A DNA stretch of 64,000 nucleotides from a virus: positions 7,133 to 71,132 of the IMG/VR virus record IMGVR_UViG_3300047548_001818, one strand, 5' to 3'. The stretch's first letter is position 1, and every line of letters begins with the position of its first letter. Shown here piece by piece: positions 6,834-14,077 of the stretch. Made by a program: the position numbers and the translations under genes. The notes under the pieces are model-generated. The model did not search any database. It was not told the DNA's origin and worked only from the letters and a program-made list of their open reading frames with translations.

Positions 6834-6909
6834 GCAACTCTAGCTGATGTGGTCATAGCGGCGGTCTGAAGAACCGTTGAAAGAGGTTCGATTCCTCTGG
6901 GTTGCACCA
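6834..6909 (+). tRNA. tRNA-Phe (anticodon GAA)
   Basis: Acceptor gcaactc/gggttgc. Anticodon arm gcggt-ctgaaga-accgt. T arm agaggttcgattcctct. CCA encoded. Confidence 0.85.
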
Positions 6910-6915
6910 AAAAGC

Positions 6916-6943
6916 TTGACAAAAAACAGGAATACGCTATAAT
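6916..6943 (+). promoter_or_regulatory. near-consensus sigma70 promoter (TTGACA-16-TATAAT) inside the tRNA array
   Basis: ttgaca aaaaacaggaatacgc tataat. Confidence 0.65.
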
Positions 6944-6953
6944 ACATGTATTC

Positions 6954-7036
6954 GCGGCTGTGGTGGAACGGTAGACACAGGAGACTTAAAATCTCCCGCC
7001 TTGAGCGTGTGGGTTCGAATCCCACCAGCCGCACCA
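6954..7036 (+). tRNA. tRNA-Leu (anticodon TAA), class II
   Basis: Acceptor gcggctg/cagccgc. Anticodon arm ggaga-cttaaaa-tctcc. Long variable arm gccttgagcgtgt. T arm gtgggttcgaatcccac. A73 and CCA. Confidence 0.85.
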
Positions 7037-7042
7037 AATATT

Positions 7043-7119
7043 GCCCTTGTAACCCAATAGGTAGAGGTGGCAGACTCAAAATCTGTTTAGTGTCGGTTCG
7101 AATCTGACCAAGGGTACCA
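7043..7119 (+). tRNA. tRNA with anticodon CAA (Leu-type, A73) but a class-I short variable loop
   Basis: Acceptor gcccttg/caagggt. Anticodon arm gcaga-ctcaaaa-tctgt. 5-nt variable region. T arm gtcggttcgaatctgac. CCA encoded. Confidence 0.6.
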
Positions 7120-7187
7120 TTAAATTTACGCAGTAGTGGCTATGCGTGTAACAAAACGAAACCTCAGGTACATGAGAGTTGTGCCCA

Positions 7188-7277
7188 GGAAGATGCAGTA
7201 AGATGGGTCTTACGCCCGCCTGGAAAGCGGGAGGTTGGTGTTAGCTGGCCGGGGTTCGATTCCTCCTTCTTCCACCA
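7188..7277 (+). tRNA. tRNA-Ser (anticodon GGA), class II
   Basis: Acceptor ggaagat/ttcttcc. D stem gtaa/ttac. Anticodon arm cccgc-ctggaaa-gcggg. Long variable arm. T arm cggggttcgattcctcc. CCA encoded. Confidence 0.8.
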
Positions 7278-7292
7278 ATGTGATAAAAATAC

Positions 7293-7321
7293 AACAAGAT
7301 GGTTGACAAATTACACTTAAC
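7293..7321 (+). promoter_or_regulatory. sigma70-like promoter (TTGACA-17-TAGAAT) followed by an attgagattgagaaa leader
   Basis: ttgaca aattacacttaacttgt tagaat. The downstream 280 nt have no ORF with an RBS before the CDS at 7611. Confidence 0.55.
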
Positions 7322-7610
7322 TTGTTAGAATCTCTATATTGAGATTGAGAAAGTTTTTAGGCAAGGTGCAGCAATAATCCAAACATGAAACAGTTGGTGT
7401 ACTATGGTAGTTGTCTGGAGTACGGAGTCTTGACCGAGTACATTGAAGGACGCTACTGAAGTAGTCCCAGCAAGGAGAGTTTCGATTTCTCTCTGTAATC
7501 AAAAAGTAGAAAACTTGCCTGTTGTTTTTAGGTTAGGTTCAGCAACCCAATAGCATACAACTTGTAATTGTAAACGCAAAAACTAACCTGTTATTTGAAA
7601 GGAGAATGTT

Positions 7611-9032
7611 ATGAACACTTTTGTAGATGCAGTTATTAATCAAGAAGCCCGTACTGCCAATGGCATGAAGGCTCGCAAATCGACCGCAAATGCGGTCGTA
7701 GACTTGTTCTACAATGCAGGTGCAAGCCGTGGTAAAAATATTGTACCAGCTTTTGCTGCTGCTATGGCTGAAAACCGTGAATTGGCTCTCCGTGTGGCTG
7801 CATGGCTTCGTGATGCACGAGGCGGTGCTGGTGAGCGTCAATTGTTTCGTGACATTCTCCTTCATCTGGAAAAAACCGACACTGAAGCCGCTACGGCTCT
7901 GTTGGCCAAAGTTCCAGAACTTGGTCGTTGGGATGATCTTCTGGTCTTTAAAACTAAAGATATGAAGACCGTTGCATACTCCATGTTGGGTGATGCACTG
8001 CGAGCCAAAAATGGTTTGGCTGCAAAATGGACTCCTCGCCAAGGACCTATTGCGGCAGAAATTCGTGAATTCTTCGGAATGTCACCTAAATTCTACCGTA
8101 AATCTTTGGTCGAAATGACCAAAGTGGTTGAAACACAAATGTGTGCCAAAGATTGGGACAACATTAATTTCAGTCATGTACCTTCTGTGGCAACTGCCCG
8201 TTACAAAAAGGCCTTTAACCGTAATACTCCAAAGTATGCGGAATATGTGCAAGCACTTGTAAAAGGTGACAATCCAGAAGTGAAAGTAAACGCATCTGTG
8301 GCATATCCATATGATGTGTTGAAAGGTCGCATTAACAACTACGGTGTAAAATTTGACAAGACCGAATTGGACTTGATTCAAAAGCAATGGGAAGCCTTGC
8401 CAAACTATGTTGGTGATGCTAACATTCTACCTCTAGTTGACGTTTCTGGTTCTATGACCTGTCCCGCAGGTAAGAACACCAAGCTATCTTGCTTGGAAGT
8501 TGCGGTGTCTCTTGGTTTGTATCTTGCAGACAAGAACAAAGGAAAATTCAAGGATACTTTCTTGACTTTCTCTAGCAAGCCAGAACTGTTGCACCTGGTT
8601 GGCAACATTAACCAAAAGATTGACCAAATGGTTAAATCTAAATGGGAAATGGGTACCAATCTAAATGCAGCATTCAAGAAAATTCTTGATACTGCGGTGA
8701 AAGGTAATGTGCCTCAAGAAGAAATGCCAGCAATGGTATTGATTCTGTCTGATATGCAATTCAACGCTTGTGTTGTGCATGATGACAGTGCAATCCAAAT
8801 GATTGCACGTAAGTACCAAGAAGCAGGATACAAAATGCCAAAAGTAGTATTCTGGAACTTGAATGCTGCATATGGTAACGCACCTGTGAAGTTTGACAAG
8901 TCTGGTACTGCTCTGGTTTCTGGGTTCTCTCCAGCAGTAGTGAAGCCATTGCTGAGTGGAGACCTAGATAGCTTCACACCAGAGTCCGTGATGTTGAAGA
9001 CCATCATGGATGACCGTTATAAAGTGCTTTAA
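7611..9032 (+). CDS. vWA (MIDAS) domain protein with a helical N-terminal domain (DUF2828/TROVE-like)
   Basis: C-terminal half carries the D-x-S-G-S MIDAS motif (LPLVDVSGSMTCP) of von Willebrand A domains. AAAGGAGA RBS upstream. Terminator downstream. Confidence 0.5.
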   Translation: MNTFVDAVINQEARTANGMKARKSTANAVVDLFYNAGASRGKNIVPAFAAAMAENRELALRVAAWLRDARGGAGERQLFRDILLHLEKTDTEAATALLAKVPELGRWDDLLVFKTKDMKTVAYSMLGDALRAKNGLAAKWTPRQGPIAAEIREFFGMSPKFYRKSLVEMTKVVETQMCAKDWDNINFSHVPSVATARYKKAFNRNTPKYAEYVQALVKGDNPEVKVNASVAYPYDVLKGRINNYGVKFDKTELDLIQKQWEALPNYVGDANILPLVDVSGSMTCPAGKNTKLSCLEVAVSLGLYLADKNKGKFKDTFLTFSSKPELLHLVGNINQKIDQMVKSKWEMGTNLNAAFKKILDTAVKGNVPQEEMPAMVLILSDMQFNACVVHDDSAIQMIARKYQEAGYKMPKVVFWNLNAAYGNAPVKFDKSGTALVSGFSPAVVKPLLSGDLDSFTPESVMLKTIMDDRYKVL

Positions 9033-9037
9033 CGGTT

Positions 9038-9064
9038 ATGGAGACTCAATGGGTCTCCATTTTG
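9038..9064 (+). terminator. rho-independent terminator
   Basis: atggagac-tcaatg-ggtctccat followed by tttg. Confidence 0.55.
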
Positions 9065-9149
9065 AAACATATGGCACGACTAGAAGTGGATCCATCGTGG
9101 CTAGGCAGCCTTACTATGCATACCGTGTGTTTCAAAATGGAGATATAAA

Positions 9150-9524
9150 ATGAAAATTACTGAAGATCAGTTTCGATTTGAGTGGTTTTCCGGTACAGGA
9201 AAAGGTGGGCAACATCGGAACAAACATCAAAATTGTTGTCGTTGTATACATGAACCAACCGGAATAACTGCAAATGGAACATCTAGCAGAAGCCGTGATG
9301 ACAATAAAAGAAATGCTTTAATCGTCTGTAAAGCTAGAGTTGAAAGATATTTCCATAAAGACACCGAAAGATTTCTTGCAGGCAAAGAACGAATTAGAAC
9401 CTACCATGAACCAGACAATAGAGTTGTCGATCATGCTAGTGGTTTCTCTGACACATATCAGAATGTGGTAATCAAAGGCTTCATCGATGAAATGATTGAA
9501 GCCCGTGCAAAAGTTAAAAGGTAA
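9150..9524 (+). CDS. release-factor GGQ-domain protein (ArfB/peptidyl-tRNA hydrolase-like)
   Basis: FSGTGKGGQHRNKHQN contains the universally conserved GGQ motif of class I release factors and ArfB in the usual G-x-G-G-Q-H-x-N context. 124 aa. Basic C-terminal tail. Confidence 0.6.
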   Translation: MKITEDQFRFEWFSGTGKGGQHRNKHQNCCRCIHEPTGITANGTSSRSRDDNKRNALIVCKARVERYFHKDTERFLAGKERIRTYHEPDNRVVDHASGFSDTYQNVVIKGFIDEMIEARAKVKR

Positions 9525-9600
9525 GCGCCTGTGGCCAAGCGGTTAAGGCAGTGAACTCATAATTCATTGATCGGGGGTTCGAATCCCTCCGGGCGCACCA
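9525..9600 (+). tRNA. tRNA-Met (anticodon CAT)
   Basis: Starts one nt after the stop of the GGQ gene. Acceptor gcgcctg/cgggcgc. D arm gcc-aagcggttaa-ggc. Anticodon arm gtgaa-ctcataa-ttcat. T arm gggggttcgaatccctc. A73 and CCA. Confidence 0.8.
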
Positions 9601-9601
9601 C

Positions 9602-10069
9602 TCATTTTACGTAAGTTAAAAAACCCCAAATTAATATTGCGGATAAAGAAAGGCCTATCAGTACAGCAGCAATAATTTCAAGTGTCTCCTGTAGTTCTTT
9701 CCTTTTTCTTATTTTTAATTCCTTTTCTCTTCTCACTCTATGAGCCTCTTCGATTTCTAATGATCGTGAGCGTTCTTTAATTTTATTCCAAACATCAATT
9801 TTACCGGCTTGCATAAAGAGAAGTTGTAATTGCTTTTCAAATTCTTCGGCTTGATGTATAGCCATTTCTATTTCAATAGCGATAGACATGGAAGATTTTT
9901 TTTCATCCGCTTTTGATTCAGAAACGGCTTTCGTGGCCACAGATTTTGCATCAAAGTACTTACTTAATACTGGTCCAAGAGATGTAACATCATCGACAGT
10001 TTTTGATACTTTTTTGATTAACGCGACAGCACTCTGAATGCCGGCTAATGCTGTTACTGGATCTATCAT
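9602..10069 (-). CDS. tail-anchored coiled-coil membrane protein (155 aa)
   Basis: Predicted coiled coil with a C-terminal TM helix (IIAAVLIGLSLSAILIWGFLTYV). Start is immediately after the stop of the upstream gene (TAAATG), suggesting translational coupling. Confidence 0.5.
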   Translation of the reverse strand: MIDPVTALAGIQSAVALIKKVSKTVDDVTSLGPVLSKYFDAKSVATKAVSESKADEKKSSMSIAIEIEMAIHQAEEFEKQLQLLFMQAGKIDVWNKIKERSRSLEIEEAHRVRREKELKIRKRKELQETLEIIAAVLIGLSLSAILIWGFLTYVK

Positions 10070-10687
10070 TTACTTTGACAATGGATTATCCATCGCCTTC
10101 TGTATTTTATTATCTACATCTTTCATTAGAGAATCAACATCTTTTTTAACTTCTCTTTTCATCGTATCAACTTCACGGCTTATCTCTCTTCTAGCATCAA
10201 TAAGTTCTTTTCTGATACCATTCACTTCTGCTCTTGCTTTCTCCAAATCTTCACGAATATCTTTTCTAGCTTGACGCATTTCATTTTCTGTTTCACGTTG
10301 AGCTTGTTTAACTGAACGTTCAATTTGTTCTGTTACTGATTCGTTTCTTCGAATATCACTCTTCAAATCGTTTTTGATATCTCTGGTATAGTCTGAAGTT
10401 TTTTGGCTGTTTTCTTCAATCACAGCTAATCTTTTATCAAACTCCGATAAATCGGGTGCAACATATTCAGCAATCTTCTTCTTCATTCCAATATAGTCTT
10501 TGTATACTTCAAACGCACCATAAAGACCACCTAGTATAGAAGAAACAATCGTAAAAGCTACCATTAATTTAGCAGGTGTGAACTCATACCCACCAATGCT
10601 GATTATAGTATCTTTACTTGCATATTTTTTGACGGCGGCTTCCGCTTCGTCAATTTTTTTGTTTACGTCTTTAATTTGTTCTGTCAT
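10070..10687 (-). CDS. N-terminally anchored long coiled-coil membrane protein (205 aa)
   Basis: One TM helix (LMVAFTIVSSILGGLYGAF) followed by about 130 aa of heptad-rich charged sequence. AGGAA RBS. Confidence 0.5.
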   Translation of the reverse strand: MTEQIKDVNKKIDEAEAAVKKYASKDTIISIGGYEFTPAKLMVAFTIVSSILGGLYGAFEVYKDYIGMKKKIAEYVAPDLSEFDKRLAVIEENSQKTSDYTRDIKNDLKSDIRRNESVTEQIERSVKQAQRETENEMRQARKDIREDLEKARAEVNGIRKELIDARREISREVDTMKREVKKDVDSLMKDVDNKIQKAMDNPLSK

Positions 10688-10688
10688 T

Positions 10689-12608
10689 TTAGTTCCTGTA
10701 TTGTTGGTTGACCATTTGTTGATGTAATCTATCAGATGATAGTTGTCTTAATGCTCTAACATTATCTACAGTCACTTGATTTCTATAAATCTCCTCAGAT
10801 TTGTATAACTGACCATCCTTGAGTGCTAAACTGATATAAGCGTTAAATCCTGCTGGATTAACAGCAATAGATGATATGTCAACTCCCCTAGATAATTCAT
10901 TTGGTGTCACATTAGTTTTGACTGAAGAATCTCTTGATGAATTATTCGTTTGCAATTGAGGTATTTGTGTAGCATTGATTGTGTTCATCAGAGGACTCAC
11001 GCCCGTTAATTTTAACCCCTCAGTTTTAGGTAAATCTTCTTGTAATTTACTCACATCAAATTTGGTTTCGACATATGTTGTCTGCTGATTTGTGCTAAAT
11101 GTTGTAGCTTGTTCCGTGTAAGATGGTAAAGACAAAGTGTAAATATTTTCTTGTCTTGTTGATGTTGGTTGTGTAGACACTATTACAAGTTGTTTTGTTG
11201 GTTGCAATCCAAATTCTTGCATCTTATTTGCAGAATTTAAACCTAGATTAGTTGTTGATGCGTTGTTACTTTGAGATGGATTTGTGGCAAACATTGAAGC
11301 AGCTTGTGAAGCAGATTGACTTTGGTTAATTGTTGCCGCACTGATAGAAATACTATCTTTTTGTGTCTTGTCACTTATTGCTTGTGCTTGTTCGACCGCT
11401 TGTTGTACAGTGCTTGTTTCTAGATTACCAATGCGTGTCTGTTCATTTCTTACAATTGACAATATTTGACTCACTGAAGGTCCAGAAGTTTTTGCAGCAC
11501 TTCCAGATACGGTAACTTCACCAACTCTAGGTTGTGGGTTTGTAGCACTAGGTATTGGTGTTGAGCTAGAAGTAGAATTTGTTATAGTTACTGGTGCTGA
11601 AGCACTGGTGGTAGAAGTTGTTTGTGTTGGTTGTGTCTGTGTAACTTCTGTAGGAGTAGATGTAGAAGTGGGTGCTACTGTCGTTGTTGTCGGAGCTGCA
11701 AGAGGTTCTGAGGTTGTAAAAGTGTTGACAGTAGTAACTGTTTCTGTGGGAGTTGGAATTTTAGGCGTAGGTGGTGGAGTAGGTGAACTATTTACACCCA
11801 ATTCACATCTCTTGTACACGCCACCAAGTGGATCTTTACCCCAAGCTCCATTACTACAACTATAGGTACCTGCTTGCAACTCTTTATAATCCCACGTATC
11901 GTTGGCACCATATCGAATGACAGCAGCTTTTGATAATGTGAATTCGCCGTTTTCGTCAGCCACTTTATCCCAAGAAGAGAATGTTGGTAAAGGTGGTGGA
12001 GCTACTGTGTATTGTAATCTTACATCTATATTCCTGATTTGTGGTCCGTAGTATCCTGCCCAAAAACGATCATCTTTACCTGTAAAACTTACATTTAGAT
12101 TGCCTAAATTTGAAGGTGCATATTGTGTGCCAAAATTTTGGGTGCCAGACATTGTTGTCCAACCACTTGTAGTTTGTGGCATATTGTAATTATAGCTTTG
12201 AACAGTTGCACCTAAATTGTTCGTTACACTTATATTTCCAGTCAGTGTACCTCTACTGTAATCTTGATTGAAATATTGCCAAGAATATTTAAAACCAGAT
12301 ACCTGTATGCCTGTTCCCGCATTAGCGAGTGCAAAATTTATAGCAGTGTTGTAAGCCACCGTTTGTTGCGTATAACCAAACACAAAAGTTCCAGTGCTTG
12401 AATTATATGCTGGCATATTGCCACCAGACAAGCCTCCTCCACCAGTATTTAAATTTATAAATCCATTCCAATTGAATGGTGCGCCTGGCGGAGGAGGATT
12501 CAGTGTTGTATATACTATATTGTCAGTAAGTTCTTGACTTTTACTTGAAGAGGTTGTAAACAACCAAGCCAAGCAAACTACCAAGCCCAATATTTTTGTA
12601 AATTTCAT
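10689..12608 (-). CDS. secreted 639-aa protein with a Thr/Pro-rich mucin-like linker
   Basis: N-terminal signal peptide MKFTKILGLVVCLAWLFTTSSS. Gly/Asn/Thr-rich N-domain. About 90-aa T/P/S linker (TPPPTPKIPTPTETVTTV...). Gln/Ser/Thr-rich C-terminal half. Confidence 0.55.
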   Translation of the reverse strand: MKFTKILGLVVCLAWLFTTSSSKSQELTDNIVYTTLNPPPPGAPFNWNGFINLNTGGGGLSGGNMPAYNSSTGTFVFGYTQQTVAYNTAINFALANAGTGIQVSGFKYSWQYFNQDYSRGTLTGNISVTNNLGATVQSYNYNMPQTTSGWTTMSGTQNFGTQYAPSNLGNLNVSFTGKDDRFWAGYYGPQIRNIDVRLQYTVAPPPLPTFSSWDKVADENGEFTLSKAAVIRYGANDTWDYKELQAGTYSCSNGAWGKDPLGGVYKRCELGVNSSPTPPPTPKIPTPTETVTTVNTFTTSEPLAAPTTTTVAPTSTSTPTEVTQTQPTQTTSTTSASAPVTITNSTSSSTPIPSATNPQPRVGEVTVSGSAAKTSGPSVSQILSIVRNEQTRIGNLETSTVQQAVEQAQAISDKTQKDSISISAATINQSQSASQAASMFATNPSQSNNASTTNLGLNSANKMQEFGLQPTKQLVIVSTQPTSTRQENIYTLSLPSYTEQATTFSTNQQTTYVETKFDVSKLQEDLPKTEGLKLTGVSPLMNTINATQIPQLQTNNSSRDSSVKTNVTPNELSRGVDISSIAVNPAGFNAYISLALKDGQLYKSEEIYRNQVTVDNVRALRQLSSDRLHQQMVNQQYRN

Positions 12609-13677
12609 TTTTTACTTCCGGTGCGTGTTTAGGAATTTTGTCTGGATTTTGTTCCCAGAACATTTTCGCTTGTTCTCCTATCTTACCCTCATAAGGGCAA
12701 GGAGTACCAGCGGCCATCATAGCATCAAACACGCGACGATCTTGGCACATGGTTGCAACAGCGGCAACCTTCATACCCATATCGTACAGAGTTTTACTAA
12801 GCTTTAAACGTTCACAGTTTAAATCTCTCACTGTTCCACCAGAACTAACACCAAAAATTTGTGTTTGTACAGCACCACTAGATCCTGTTGTACATAAGTC
12901 ATTGTTTCCACCACTCATCATTGTTGGAGCAATTGCAGTAGGAGGTGGCTGAATAACCTTCTGAGTGATTTCCGAAGTATTCAAATTGTTGTTGGTCATT
13001 GAACCACTTTGAATATTCTGATTCACATTGTTATTTGTTGAAGAACTTGTACTTGTATTATTATTGTTGTTTACATTACTGCTTGTACTTGAACTCACAT
13101 TATTATTATTAAATGTCTGAGTACCAGAATTAATATTTGTATTCACGTTGTTATTGGTGCTGGTACTGGTATTATTTGTATTCAGTGTTTGTGTACCAGA
13201 ATTTACATTATAATTTGTATTACTGTTTGTACTTGTGCTTGTACTATTATTGTTGAATGTTTGAGTGCCCGAATTAATTTGATTCACGGTACTTGTGCTT
13301 GTGTTGACATTATTATTATTAAATGTCTGAGTACCAGAATTCACATTGTTATTGTTATATGTCATGGTACCTGAATTGACATTATTATTATTAAATGTCT
13401 GAGTACCAGAATTCACATTATTGTTATTGTTTGTATAAGTTACGGAACCACTCATAACATTATTGTTGTTATTTGTTATAGTTCCATTTGTTGTAACCGT
13501 ACTTGTACTAGTGCTAGTACTGTTAGTTGTGCTGGAGTTTGTAGTGTTTACTGTGCTGGTGCTAGTGGAATTATTATTAGTATCCACCAAAGTTGTCGAG
13601 TCATAGGTTGTTTGAGCAACACTAATTGATGTAATCATAGCAAAAAGCACCAAAAGCGGTGTCTTTTTGAATGACAT
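12541..13677 (-). CDS. secreted Asn/Ser/Thr-repeat protein with a Cys-containing C-terminal domain
   Basis: Start moved to MSFKKTPLLVLFAMITSISVA (signal peptide, AAGAGG RBS) rather than the longer track ORF. About 200 aa of degenerate NNNNVNSGTQTF repeats. Globular C-domain has 5 Cys. Confidence 0.5.
   Translation of the reverse strand: MSFKKTPLLVLFAMITSISVAQTTYDSTTLVDTNNNSTSTSTVNTTNSSTTNSTSTSTSTVTTNGTITNNNNNVMSGSVTYTNNNNNVNSGTQTFNNNNVNSGTMTYNNNNVNSGTQTFNNNNVNTSTSTVNQINSGTQTFNNNSTSTSTNSNTNYNVNSGTQTLNTNNTSTSTNNNVNTNINSGTQTFNNNNVSSSTSSNVNNNNNTSTSSSTNNNVNQNIQSGSMTNNNLNTSEITQKVIQPPPTAIAPTMMSGGNNDLCTTGSSGAVQTQIFGVSSGGTVRDLNCERLKLSKTLYDMGMKVAAVATMCQDRRVFDAMMAAGTPCPYEGKIGEQAKMFWEQNPDKIPKHAPEVKNEIYKNIGLGSLLGLVVYNLFK
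12990..13560 (-). repeat. degenerate DNA-level tandem repeats encoding the N/S/T repeat region
   Basis: Motif aatgtctgagtaccagaattcacattgtt recurs at about 60-75-bp spacing (for example 13111, 13321, 13381). Confidence 0.5.
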
Positions 13678-13704
13678 TTTTACCTCTTTCTTGCTATTTT
13701 TAGG

Positions 13705-13732
13705 TTGATATTTTCTTGGTTTATGATATAAT
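13705..13732 (+). promoter_or_regulatory. sigma70-like promoter (TTGATA-16-TATAAT) in the divergent intergenic region
   Basis: ttgata ttttcttggtttatga tataat. Lies between the minus-strand operon start (13677) and the plus-strand replication genes. Confidence 0.55.
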
Positions 13733-13765
13733 GGAGTCTTATTATTTATGTCCTGGAGAAATAAA

Positions 13766-14077
13766 ATGGCAAATATTAGAGGAATTAAATTGGTAACGGG
13801 TGAGGAAGTTATTTCCGAGGTAATCATCCAGCCAGATGGTAGATTCTTACTCAAGAATCCTGTGCAGCTAAGGATGGTTCCACCACAGATTGCAGGTAGC
13901 CAGCCATCTATGGGCTTTGTTCCTTTCCCAGCCTTCGGCAGTCAAGGTGAAAATATATTTGTAGAACCACTACATATAGTGTACAATTACACTCCTGACG
14001 AACAAATCGTTTCAAATTACAACCAAATGTTCGGTGCAGGCATCATCACCCCATCTAAACAAATTATAACTGGATAA
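13766..14077 (+). CDS. hypothetical protein (104 aa) upstream of DNA polymerase
   Basis: GGAG RBS 6 nt before ATG at 13766. The track ORF begins at 13748 without an RBS. Confidence 0.45.
   Translation: MANIRGIKLVTGEEVISEVIIQPDGRFLLKNPVQLRMVPPQIAGSQPSMGFVPFPAFGSQGENIFVEPLHIVYNYTPDEQIVSNYNQMFGAGIITPSKQIITG

Noticed and set aside
7714-9007. Internal and antisense ORFs (7714-7965, 7539-8042, 8082-8387, 8405-8677, 8714-9007) within the vWA gene
   Set aside because: Fully nested in a longer ORF with good RBS and motif support. Not reported.
10689-13677. Asn/Ser/Thr-repeat and mucin-like proteins as eukaryotic contamination or misassembly
   Set aside because: They sit in an operon with bacterial-type RBSs and signal peptides, flanked on both sides by unmistakable T4-like genes and a tRNA on continuous sequence.
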